A stretch of DNA of 41,322 nt, taken from positions 1 to 41,322 of the forward strand of contig CAJVPI010000222.1 in NCBI GenBank assembly GCA_910592345.1, in the 5' to 3' direction. Origin of the DNA: Paraglomus brasilianum. Taxonomy: Eukaryota. How positions within the stretch are numbered: position 1 is the stretch's first letter; every line of letters starts with the position of its first letter. The notes beneath the pieces were generated by a model, which saw only the letters and a list, made by a program, of their open reading frames with translations, ran no database searches and was not told the DNA's origin. The translations under genes were made by a program, and so were the position numbers. Positions 29,319 to 41,322 of this stretch are shown piece by piece.

Positions 29319-29837
29319 CAGTTATGATCTTACATTACCTGCACCAATTGCCTGTTACATGAATTATAAAAAGTTAGATAATGCAAATTATAGTATTGAT
29401 GTTATATATAGTATAGTACAACAAAAGAGAGAATATACATTTATATGTAACACATATGGTATTTGATTTATCGATGTACAATCGTATATACTGTATATAC
29501 TGTATATATAAATACATTATGCCAATCGTACATCTATTGTCGTCAGACTTGCCAAAACAAGACTTTGTGCGGCACCTCTTTCTTTGTATGTCTAAATGGA
29601 TGCAGCCAACATTGACGAATGGAATCCAGTCTGTGAAGAGGGTGGGAAGACGTTAAATGTTTGATATTATAGAGTTAAGGAGAGAGTTGGTGTCAGAGCT
29701 TGATTTATGGTCGCATGACAAGAGACAGGGCTGTCAATGGCGCCGTTATAGGAAAGTCTCACTTTGTTGTTACTGCGCGAATACCGTTATATTTGTTGTA
29801 TGGCACTGGCATGTTTTGACATAATTAGAGAAGCGGG

Positions 29838-29909
29838 CTGTTACGATTGTTACGATTGTTACAATTGTTACAACTGTAACAACTGTAACAACTGTAACAA
29901 CTGTTACAT
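29838..29909. repeat. 9-bp tandem repeat YTGTWACRA x8
   Basis: CTGTTACGA, TTGTTACGA, 2x TTGTTACAA, 3x CTGTAACAA, CTGTTACAT. Confidence 0.9.
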
Positions 29910-32224
29910 GTGTATAGATGTGTAGCAAATACGCAGCAAATACTTACTCGCCCCTTCACTCTTTGTGTTGCGAGCATATTTCTGTTCATCACACAATTTT
30001 TACGAATTTCTTTCTGCATGTGCTGCACTGCAATGTACCATATCAGATGATGTTTAACAGGGGGGTGGAAAGGAGGCTTTGATTTCTGCCATAGATCGAC
30101 AATGATATTTATCAAATACATCTGCAATTCTCACCCGCAAAAATACCAATACTGTGTATTAGATGGTTGGTAAAAATATTTACATCTGCTGACTGACTCT
30201 ACGATAATCGTAAAATGCAGAACAAACGGAAACAACGGAAACAACGAGTAATGGTGTTACACAAATGCTTGAATAATACAAATATTATCAAGATCGAATA
30301 GATATAATCACAAGATACAATTATATTTATACAACAATATAAATTGTTAACAATGATAACAATATTATTTATTATATTACAAAAGTATTATATTTTATCA
30401 GTTATTATCAATATTCCCATATTCATACGAGGGCATGTATCCATCCATATTATCCATCTACTACGGGTCCCTTTCATGACCCCATTCATTCACCCATTCA
30501 TTCACATCCATCTATATATCCATTCACATCCACTGGCATCCACTGGCATCTACTGTCTACCCGCCTACTCGCCTACTCGCCTACTCGCCTACCCCTCCCC
30601 CATCATTGCACATCATCTGTATTCTCCGCCTGTGCTTTGACGAGTTTGTAACGGGTCATTGTTGAAAGTTACAACAAAGGATCGTGTGTGTGAACGTATA
30701 TATTTTTGTATGTGTATGTGTGTAAATGCGTGTGTGTGTGTGTGTGATGTGCGTCGCCTGTGTTCTGGTGAATCTTCTGCTCTCATATGATATACGCATT
30801 AGCGTGATGGTTTGTAAGACTGATAAATTTCCCGGTTAAGTTAATCGAGAAGGGGGAAATGACAGCTGGGAGAGGTGAAGTGAAAAAAGTGTTGATTGAC
30901 TATATCGCCAGTGACGCTGAATATACAGTCGATCGAGAACAATCGTTTGTAAAAATAGCTCTTCGAATGAGAGCCCTCTTCAGTATCATGTAGATCTGAA
31001 CATGGTCCAGATCCTTCCCCACCATTAATTATTATCAGCTGAATCACTGATTAATCATCACCTAAGCTCCACATTGCCTTTTCTATGGACATATATACAT
31101 ACACGCATACATTGATACAAATTTCCTTGCATATCAATTACGTATAATTTTACATGGTATGCCTTGTGTTCGAATTCTCATGCATATTCCGTCACCAATT
31201 GATACGATTAAGGCAAATATTAATTAAAAGCGTTGGTTGGCAAGTGATATAGGGATTGCGATACACAAGCAGATACACAATGTTGATATGTGATAATAAC
31301 AATATTAAATATACTGTATTTATATACGGTACATAAATGTGCATTACGTTTATCCGTATAACCTAATTATAATATTTTATTACGATTGTGTGCCTTGTGT
31401 TGCGTTATGTGTCTTGTGTGCTTGTGTGCTTGTGTGTGTCTTGTGTGTGCTCTGCGTTGTGTTATGTGTGTTATGTCTTGTCTTGTGTATGTGTAATCCA
31501 TCTATCATCTAAAAACGGAGTAGAGCACTATACCACAAAAACAGCGGCAAGTCAAGGAAACACAATGTTCACAACTTGCTGTCTGTTCAATGGAAGTTCA
31601 TGTTACAAAAGAACCAAATAGATGGCATAGCTGGCAGTAGTAATATAACAACTGTCGTTCCTATTTGAAAATTCCCCCTCCAACCCCTCCAACCCCCTGT
31701 ATATCGTCGAATGTGGGAATATTATATGCAGAGATAAATTTAAAGATAACCGGTTTTTTACAAAAGATAACTGCAATAACAATGTGTTGCCATAAAGTAA
31801 TCTTGTGTACATTATTTGATGTTTTTACTCGTATTGTTGTTGAACGTTTGTGTCGCACTTCTTCCCGCCCATTTTCCCCTCTCCGCCCTACATCTTGTAA
31901 CGCAAACGATCTTCTAAAGAGTAAGCGTAGAAAATCACCCAACATACACTGTTGTTCTACATCAAGTATCGACATGGTAGTAGTAGTACCTATCTACTGC
32001 TTCTGACCGAAAGAGCACAACTGTGATAACTGAGCACAAGTAATCTGCTGTCTTGGTAATTAATAATTTTATCGGATTTCAATGGTGGTACTACATTATT
32101 AATAGAAATCAATAAAGGGAAATCGCTGTACCCCCATATCTCTTAACTATAATAATCATTAAGTATTACTACAAACTATTTCGCCATCATCCAGTAAAAC
32201 CTGTTTGGACGGGGAACAAGGAAC

Positions 32225-32306
32225 GGGGAATGGGAAATGGGGGGGAAGAGAGAGAGCTGGGGGGAGAGCTGGGGGGAGAGCTGGGGGAGAGCTGGGGTGA
32301 GCGGGG
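32225..32306 (+). repeat. G-run repeat (GAGAGCTGGGGG)n
   Basis: Four AGAGCT-G4-6 units plus additional G3-7 runs. Confidence 0.85.
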
Positions 32307-32658
32307 CTGAGATGTCTGTCTGTTAATTGCGACAATATCGATAATATTCGTATCAGTTATAACTGAACTTGTGCCACTCATCTTTTAAAACAATGACAAC
32401 TGATCCACCCTTGTACTCACGATGGTTAATTAGACTATAGTACGAGTGTAGAACGGATATGGCGTGCTATGTGTGCGTGCTATGTGTGAGAGTGCGTATG
32501 CCTAATCAATTACTAACCGTCGTCAACAACTAGTCTTTTTCAAGTACAATAGCCCCAATTTTAGCTGTCGCCCCGAATACCGTCTCTTACCCATTCAATA
32601 ATAATCCTATTTTGTATTGCTTACAAATCATCTGCTGTTTCTGTCGACTCTTTTTCTT

Positions 32659-32689
<31 letters not shown>

Positions 32690-34102
32690 CTCATCTTACA
32701 TATCTCCAAGCCAACAATATTCGTGCGCCTGTGGTACAAAATAATTGGGCTATACCAATATCGATTTAGCATGCTCTGAATGGGTGAAGGGGAGGGAATC
32801 ATTCATCTCCTTGTTTTAAAATATCCATTGGTTCGTCTGAAATTACATCCATCAAGCATTGCATTATATTGTCAATGTCTTTTTCATTTGGCTGACGCGC
32901 GACTGAGACCGTATTACCAAGTACTTGTAACTGTCCTTCTCTGAGGAGAACATGTGTGCGTGTGTGCGTGTGTATATTACTGTATGTTTACGACAAACTG
33001 TTCCTTAATATTTTGTAGCGGGTGATCGCTGAACAAATGCATGCCATATTCGGGTAAATATAATTTAATGTCACATTGTGCGCTTTTACTACATAGTTTA
33101 TTACTTGGCACACAAAACGTTGCAACGTCGCAGAAGATCAAAGGTTTGGTTCCATATTTGTGTTCAATGTATGAGATCAATTTACTACCTTTGTAACAGG
33201 CCATTGATTCAATGTGCCGACAAGACAATGACGATATGTTGCATAGGCGAAAAAAAAATAAATGAATGAGTGAATGAATGAATGAATGAATGAATGCTTT
33301 CCATATGAATTGCTGAACGAATACGAGTGAACCGAAACGGGTAAATCATTTAAACTCAATTGATAATTATTATACCAGTAACACTGCATTTAACTGTGTG
33401 AGCATATGCGAATTGATATTCCCAAAATTTCGGCAATTAGAACAGGCGAAATAACATGCAATAGCTCCAAGTGAGATAATAATAGCATACATGCATGCAC
33501 ACACGATGGGAGCAGGGGGGTGGGGATGGTGATGGTGATGGTGATGGTGATGGTAATGGGGGAAGAGATTAGAGAGATAGAGACATGACAACAACAAACG
33601 ACGGGACTATGACGACAAACGATGATACTAACACCAATTTAAATTAATTATATCTTGTGACTCCATTAAACGTTTTGACACAGTAACCTTTGTACCTCAA
33701 GCAAACCCCGTTAACTTTAATTCTGTGAAATGTCAACAAAATACAAACACAACACAGCAGCTGTAATAATACTACGGAAATGTAGTCGCAATTTAGGATT
33801 TCCAAGTCATATATCCTTTTTGGTTATTTATTTATCGATCAACCACCAACCCCTTCTCATGTCTTATCTTCTCACCGTATCACTAACTATTGTTCTACTC
33901 TCTCTGGAGAATTTATGATGGATAACACAACTATCCATTCGCTGCCAAATTAGACAAATTACTGGGTCGAGTTTATTGTTATCTTTTTCTGTTCATTATA
34001 ATTAGTAATTTGAGTTATTTACTTAATTCAAAGGTGAAACAGTCTTAATTACTAGTGAAGAGTGGTGATGGAGGAGTGGATAAGGGAAAGGAGGAGGAAA
34101 TG

Positions 34103-34251
34103 GTGCTGCTGCTGGTGATGGTGGTGGTGGTGGTGGTGGTGGAGGAGTAGTGTGTATGAGAGGTAACTGCTTGCTGCTGCTGCTGCTGGTGGTGGTGGTG
34201 GTGGAGTAGTGTGGATGAGAGCTAACTGCTTGCTGCTGCTGCTGCTGCTGG
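34103..34251. repeat. Compound (TGG)n/(TGC)n microsatellite containing a 59-bp tandem duplication
   Basis: Unit GGAGTAGTGTG.ATGAGAG.TAACTGCT(TGC)n(TGG)n starts at 34144 and again at 34203. Confidence 0.9.
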
Positions 34252-35858
34252 TATGTAAAAAAAGTATAATGAAAAAGGAAAGTAAAATGAAAAATGAGGG
34301 GAATTGCAGTGAATGCTTAAACCCAAATAAAAATGCTAAAGAATGAATGATAAAGGAAAACAAAGGAAAATATGTTTATTATAATAATCACAAGGTGCAT
34401 TCATAACAATTGGGCATCGCTATTATCACTACGACTCTTTGTTTACGTGCATAATGGCTGATATTTCAATCAGCATGTTCAATCGCCGAACATGGCTGAG
34501 CCGCACTCCAATTCAAACAGGTCCAGCCAACCAATTTTCAATCTCGTAATCCACTTTCACACGTAAACTGGTCAGTTCAACCGGTATTTTGCGGGTACTG
34601 TAGCCGGTATTTTTTTTTCTTACGATTCTTCCTATTCTCTCATTGATATCATCGATCTTCCTAATCTGCACTAATATGATTATATTTAATGAGATATAGA
34701 TAGATTGTCTTATATCATTGGATGATACTGGTTCGGGGCATAAATACGTAGAGTTGACGAGCAGGTTTTTATTAATATATTAGTCATTATGGAGAGAAAA
34801 AAAAAGATCGAATTTTGATCATTAGATAAAATTGCTCAAGCAGGTCCAGTCCATTTTTATTGGGGCTGAGCTCGGTCATGATCATGATCATGATACGCCA
34901 AGTGCGTAGAGTTGGGGAGGTGGGGAGGAGGGAATTTTTTTCAACAAGGCGCATTCACACACACCCATCACCCACCACACACGGCCAGAAAATCAATCTC
35001 GAATTTATTACAATGTAGTAAACTGTTGTGTTTTTTGAAACTCTGCACATCCATTACCCAACCTTTTCCTGCACAGACTAGTAGTAATTACCCTAATTCA
35101 CGTATCACATACACAGTAAAACCTGCGTTCTGACTCTAAAACGCACACGTGTAGACAATGCACCGTCTCACAAGGTAAACATGGAGTCTATCTGAGGGTT
35201 AGTATGAAGCGTTGTGCAAGGATGAGTGAAAGGGCTCACATTACACGACGCGTGAGAGAGAAAAGGTTAAAGTGAAGGGTGAGGGAATGATGTGAAGAAT
35301 CACGAATTCTTGCACCCCGTTAGATCGATTCGTACGAAAATTCCCGATCATAATTACTACAAAATCATGTGGAAAGCTCGTTAATTCTGCAAGATATTCC
35401 CTTTACCCCCCTCGCCGTCCATATGGCTATTTATCCTTACTACAACATAACAGGTACAACGATCATGATCATCTATTACAATTTTCATGCGTATCTTTTC
35501 TCCAAGCAGTATGGTTCGCGGTAGAATTTTTTACCAGGAAGAAAGAATTTCAATATGAAATGCTCAAAGAGAACGAAAATTCTTAATAAAAATGGGTAGA
35601 TCTCAATGAAACTAAAACAGTATTGTCATCCGATGGATCATCGCAAATGACATTTGCATTGCCACCTTCACTCATTACCAAAGACGTTTTATTTTTGTTT
35701 TATTATTTTCTTTGTTCATGGTAAGGTAAATCCTAACCTACAATCTATAGGCAATCCACGGTATTTTCATATTAAGGATAATACAAAAGAATAAAAAAGC
35801 GAGTAATAGATCATGATGATTCCGCAAATGAATATTTCATAAATTAATAGTATCACCC

Positions 35859-37780
35859 TTATCTTCGCCTTTGTAAGCCAAACTTTAATGTGGGTCTCTG
35901 TAAAAAAATCAGAAAAGAAAAGTTTTAGCAATTTCGAATATCATCATTTATATTATCACCGGGCATTCACCCGGCATCCACCCGGGCATTCACACTTCTA
36001 ATCAACACCCCTCCCTGACACATTGTTTTACCTCGCTTTGCTCTGCAGAGGAATTGGTCGTTGATACTCGGTTAATTCCAAAAGTCAATCTTGAACTCGA
36101 ATCTGAAACTGGTTGAGTGGATGGAGAGTTGGATTTGTTCTCTGCCAGTCGTTCCTTGGTGGGTGGGCCAGATGCAACTACATTGGAATTAGCAGTCGTC
36201 CACCCGCCCTTTATATCGGGATCTGTAGCATTTACAGTCATCCATCCTTGCTTGTTATCAGACTCGAAGGTTGTAGCTGCAGTCCATCCGCCCTTGGTAC
36301 CAGATTTAGCGCTCGTCTCTGCCGTAGTCCATCCACCCTTATTTCCTGATATTTCATCATTCTGTCCGCTCTTCATCCCTATAGAAGACTTTTCAGATTC
36401 GCCGCTACTTGATTTTTGAATCCCCGCTTTCTCCAATGCTGCTTTCTGCATTCTTGCTAGTTCTCGTTCCTCTCTCTTTCTTTCCTTCTCGCGTTTCTTG
36501 TCTGATTTTGGAGGCAAGCGGTTGATTTCTTTCATCTCCTTGAAACGCTATAGTAAGCCGGTGGCAGGCGGTTAGTGACTTGAAGAATATTATGCAAAAA
36601 TAAGCGGGAGTAATATAATAAACACTCGATTAACCTTACGGTGATTGTGATCGTAAGAACTCAGATGCACTTCGTATTCAGATATCCTGTTGTATTGCTT
36701 ATCGCATAATGCACAATAGAAAGCTGCTTTTATTGTATTCAATTCTTTCTTGAGTGTCTCTTGCTTTTGAACCTTATCCTGAAAAGATTTGAGATGAAGA
36801 AAGCAAGTTAATAAATGCTCTCGAGACCAATGTATCAAAAACCAAGATTTCAGCACCTCTCGTCTCTTGCGCTCTTCCTCGGTTTCTTCAGCAAACTTTT
36901 CGCTATCTAATGCCTTGCGCCTGGAAGTAGAGGTAATGTGATAATAATCTTCCTCTTCTTGTTTACCGACTCCCAAACTGTCTGCTTTGATTTCAATGCG
37001 GATTGGATCCTTTCTCCCTGAATATAAAACCAGACGGACAGTGACATCATTCATCAGCTACATCTTTTTACTACAACTCGCTTCACAGACTACAAACGTA
37101 TTACTATCTCTACAAGCTTTTTCTTTCTTTTCGCTCACGCAACACGCAACATCCATGGCGCAATAAGCAAGCCTTCTATTCCTACCAACCTTGCTGCGAA
37201 ACACCAAGCCCTGCTCCGACCTTCCAACCCATTTTTAGCAACAATTGATAACCAATGTTACTCTCTGGTAGATGCACATCCATGCTCGCTTGCTTTATGC
37301 TCGAAGTATCCACATATCCGGTTGGAACATGTCCGCGTGGAAGACGAAATTCCTTCTCTTCCTCATCAATCGGATCTGATATGAGTTCTTCGGTTTGAAT
37401 AACCTTGTGTGATTAAGAGCGACAATAGACAGAGGAGGAACAAGCGTAGGGCAGTATAGGAGAGAAACGCGAGAAACGCGGAAATGGAGGCAAAGATACC
37501 GTAGACAAAAGTGGAGAAGAGCGAAAAAGAAAAAGAGGGGAGGGGAGGAGGAGGGGGGGGGGAAAGGAGAATTGATAAAGAGAGAGAGAGAGAAAGAAAG
37601 AGGCTTGATGGTAATATGGGTTTTTTTATCGCTTTAAAGCTGATTCTTGAATGATAGAATGTTATATGTATCACTTCTGTTTCCTTTCGTCACTTGAGAT
37701 CACTTGAAAATACTAACCTCGAGTTCTCTCACGACGGTATGCTGAGTATCAGACTCGTATGGATTTGAGGGATCATACAT
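35859..37780 (-). CDS. G-patch + matrin-type C2H2 zinc-finger protein (GPATCH8-like), ~378 aa
   Basis: Exons 37780..37718, 37403..37190, 37017..36857, 36778..36635, 36547..36032, 35897..35859. G-patch LPESNIGYQLLLKMGWKVGAGLGVSQQGRKDPI...LGVG; zinc finger FYCALCDKQY...YEVHLSSYDHNHRKRFKEMK. Confidence 0.92.
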
Positions 37781-38025
37781 GTTATGGAAAACCAAGACTG
37801 TGTTGGTTAGACGATGGTTTAACCTTTTGCTTTTTTTAATGTTTTGGTGTAAGCATTTTAATCAATCAGCAGCCAGATGATTGTTACCAGTCCGGAATTT
37901 CATTATTTGAGAGCGTTATTCTTGCATCTCCTCTCCCCACCATCTGGTTTCCTACAAGTCTGCACCAATACTTGTTTTCTTCTTGCCGTTGACCTCACTT
38001 TCTAAAACCATATACATACTTCCAT

Positions 38026-38680
38026 ATGGCTCGTAAGTTACAGAATGCAACAAATTGTCTCTCTATTTGTAATAGCGTCTCCTAAAATGTTGCTGTTATA
38101 TCAAGGTGGCAATCAAAGAGAAAAGGCTCGCGAAAAGAACCTGAAGAAAAATAATAAAGCAGCAAAGGCTGCTAAGAAAGAGGACGGTGTGAGCTTCAAG
38201 AAGCGTGCCGAAAGGTATTACTCGTTTGTTGTTTGCGTATTATCAAGTATTGGAAACCATTTCATCAAAAAAGTAGTGACAGCTTTTTAAAAGTACAAGC
38301 GATGGAAAAAACCTTTAATATGAAATACACGTAACGACAGAAGTAGAAACTGGAGGCTTTATCTTATTTACGTGACTAATAGCATTCCGTTCTCGCGGAA
38401 TCTAATTAAGTCTTTAGAGTAATTTGAAACTAGGAAACTGGAAAGACGAGTATTTGTTCGCAATTGACACCTTTCAAACTCAATTCTAACATTCTTCATC
38501 TCCCTGCTTTGTTTGCTTCTCATTTTTAACAGCGATGCAGAAATAATGAGGCAGAAACAACAGGTATGTGGCTAATCGGAAGTCATCCGCAAAGATGTTT
38601 CTCAATTGACAATCTTTCCAACTTTTTTTTTATAGAAAGCATCGGAGAAAAAGACGGGAAGCTCTACTGGGGAGAAGTAG
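38026..38680 (+). CDS. SERF: Small EDRK-rich factor (SERF/4F5 family), 63 aa
   Basis: Exons 38026-38032, 38106-38214, 38533-38563, 38636-38680 give MARGNQREKAREKNLKK...RAESDAEIMRQKQQKASEKK. Confidence 0.95.
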
Positions 38681-39813
38681 TTCGCTTTCGGGCTCTCGGT
38701 TGGCCAATTCAAACTTCTGTTTGAAAAAAGAGTCGGGCCTTTCATTTTACAAAGTCGGACTCGGGGAAGATTAACGAATTATTATTGGTTATCATCATCT
38801 AAAGTCTATACACAGGAGACCGATGCTTATTAGGTTGATATTGTTTCGTGCCAACAGTGTAGTATGCGGAATTGTACTAAGGCGAAAACTTCAATAAAAA
38901 TAGCAAGTGACACAATAGCTTGTTGCCACGTCATTGCTGGATAATAATGCAGCAGACCCTGTTTCACAGACCATCACGTCATTAAGTTAATGTTGTTTAT
39001 TTGTGCTTTTCGTGAATTTTTATTAGTGTCGCTCGCTAATCTTGATCTCTGGAGTTAAAAGTATGTGAATTTATTAGTAATGAACTTTCGCAGATAATAC
39101 AAGCTAAACTTTACGATATCTGGTTGTGCTAAAGTTGACTGTCTTGAGCGTATTCGAAAATGCAGTCGAAGGTTGTTTTTTTATTCAAGTACATCTCTCT
39201 TTGGAATGTATTCATTTTTTGTTTGTATATAAATTTCACATTTCGTTTAAGGACAATAAAAACAGTTTGGCTTCTTTTTTTTAAAACTCTCCTATTACTA
39301 TATGAATAAGGCAAATGACAATCCTGATCCTTACATTCTATACATGACTTGCAACAATCAATTCTTTAATGAAACATTTCACAAGTAAAATAATTTCTAC
39401 CTGACGACAATGAAGCAACTTTAAGATCCCTAAAGAAGGTTTTGTTTATATTTATTTTGCTTTACACCATACTTTTTGTTGCTCAGTTTCTTCAAATTTA
39501 ATTATGTTTAGGAATGAGAAATGGCTTCTCGTAGTCTGGTGGGGCGAGAAGCGGATATCGCGATTATTAGGCTAGACTCGAATATTTTAATAAAGCGACT
39601 TGTTCAAATCTTAATATAGCATTATTATATCGTCTGCTAATGTATAAATCTTTTAAACACACAAACAAACCAAAACAACCTAAAGAAAGTCCTTTTAATT
39701 CTGTGTTCCTCCAGTCGCTCTCCTTTTCGTAAACATGCAAGCATTTTTGTTTGGCTTATGTTATTATTTCCAAACACGCAGAACAGCTATTGACTATCTA
39801 GAATGTTCCTAAT

Positions 39814-40510
39814 CCCTTTCTCTTGCCTGTCCACACAGTCGTTTCGAGGATTTTGCGCGTATTTTCTGCGCCCTTAAGAAAGCTATCGTATTACTGCAAC
39901 AATACCAGCAAGTCAGAGAGAGTTCCCTTACCCCAACTCTGTTCGGATGGATGATAACAAGGAAATCCGATTTAAATATCATTCTGCTTTGGGTCCACTA
40001 GTTTTTGTTGTCGATACACTTGAAAATCCACAGAATTTCCCCCAAAAACTTGTCGTTAAGTTTACACAACGGTACCCTGTTTCTCTCCACCAACATTGCG
40101 CAAAACTATATATCGCTCCTGAGATTTATGGACATACGCGTTACCTGGCAATTGGTACATGATTGTCATGGAATATTTGAGTGACTTCCAGACATTGGCT
40201 GAATGTACGCCGAACAATCTTATCATGGATACGATAAAGAATGCGACGGAGCAGTTACATTCCGCTCGCTGGATACGTGCATGGTGATCTCCGCAGTGCT
40301 AACATTTTGATCCATTATCTGAACACAGCATCTTTGCCGACTGTTCGTTTTGTTGACTGGGACTGGGCTGGTGAGCATGGGCAAGTCAAATATCCCATAT
40401 CAATTAATCCTGCCATCATTCGTCATGATAGTGCTCGGGCTCTAGGACCAATTCTAAAGGAACACGACCAATTTATGGTCTCACAATTAGGCTTTAAAGC
40501 CAATATTTAG
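39814..40510 (+). pseudogene. Frameshifted kinase-like pseudogene of the Crinkler-associated fungal kinase type
   Basis: Collinear motifs across shifting frames: FARIFCALKKAI / FPYP...LVVKFTQRY...HQHCA...APEIYG / LPGNWYMIVMEYL...QLHS / GYVHGDLRSANIL...FVDWDWAGEHGQVKYPISIN...HD. Frameshifts near 39920, near 40140, and a CGCT duplication at 40263-40270. Confidence 0.85.
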
Positions 40511-41040
40511 TGTTAAATGTTAAACCTGAACGCTCTCAGTAACATCGTTAATTATGGAAGCATTTTAGTTTTTGCATTACTTCAGCTACTTCTGACATTT
40601 GCACGTAGATTAAAATAGCAATTCAAAGGTTAGAAAGAATTAAATAATCCGGAAATACTTTGTTGTCGGGTTATTTATTAGCAATAATATTCATAGAAAT
40701 GTCTCTTGAAAAATGTGCTGAAGGTTGTCTCTTCAAACTATATTCGCATCTGTAATGTTATTTGGTACCTTTCGTGAATCCCCACTATTTGATATAGTGC
40801 GCTTTAGACTATGATGATGAAGTGCTAAAATGATTGATGGTTGGGTTTGTATATAATATGCTGGATTGTAATGCATGTTCAATTATAGTAAATATGTGGG
40901 AATCTTGTGAGCCAAGTGTAATGCGAGAAATCAATAAATCGTAACGTATCAAGGGCATGTTGCATATGTACAAAACAACCCTGATAACGGCCACCTTCTT
41001 TTTGAGAGTTTATTGTTAACTTGATAAAATAAATATATAG

Positions 41041-41322
41041 GAATACCCGTATACGGAAAATTATAATTATAATGGTTCAACTGAATACGAAAAAGCCATA
41101 CGTTTCTTAGAGATAGGTTGCAATTGTGGTTGTTCGAAAATGATTCCGAGAGAAAAGTTTGCCGAATTATGTGAGGCATTTCAAGCCCTTTCTAGATCCG
41201 AACAAGATATATTTTTAATGGCCCAGTTGAAAGCAATAAATGGTGGAGAAATAACTGCCAGTCGACGTCTTAAAAAGAAAACGCGTACTAATAAGAGAAC
41301 TTTTTATTATTGAGATCGCAAT
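41041..41322 (+). mobile_element. N-terminal fragment of a probable DNA-transposon protein (possibly Sola-like), degenerate; runs off the window
   Basis: A frame missed by the ORF track reads EYEKAIRFLEIGCNCGCSKMIPREKFAELCEAFQALSRSEQDIFLMAQLKA...RTNKRTFYY*DRN, with an in-frame TGA at 41311. The CxCxC ... F..LS..EQD pattern recalls Sola-type transposase N-termini (from memory, not verified). Confidence 0.5.

Noticed and set aside
27598..34363. Numerous 60-113 aa ORFs in the upstream desert
   Set aside because: Explained by microsatellites and low-complexity tracts; no domain motifs.
40783..40799. CACTA-N7-TAGTG mini inverted repeat
   Set aside because: Too short and no 3-bp target-site duplication.

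Overview
Intron-rich, AT-rich eukaryotic DNA from an early-diverging fungus (gene content and repeat relics suggest Mucoromycota, e.g. Endogonales/Glomeromycotina-like; this is inference). I reconstructed spliced models by hand from GT-AG signals and reading-frame continuity for eight recognisable genes: a membrane-anchored GH9 endoglucanase, RPT1 (15 exons), RPL2/uL2, EFM5, a Ctk2/cyclin K-like cyclin, an Ndt80/PhoG-family transcription factor (6 coding exons, three upstream of the DNA-binding exon), a GPATCH8-like G-patch/zinc-finger protein and SERF. Two further ORFs are uncharacterised. The window also has a frameshifted Crinkler-type kinase pseudogene, a probable transposase fragment at the right edge, and a cysteine-doublet coding relic cut by CACTA-like termini at the left edge. 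About 10 kb upstream of the Ndt80-like gene is gene-free and full of micro/minisatellites. I found no tRNA, rRNA or CRISPR array, and no complete novel multi-gene system is demonstrable from sequence alone. The best leads are the GW-repeat insert in the G-patch protein, the Ndt80 upstream desert, the type I membrane GH9 and the hidden CC-repeat exon.
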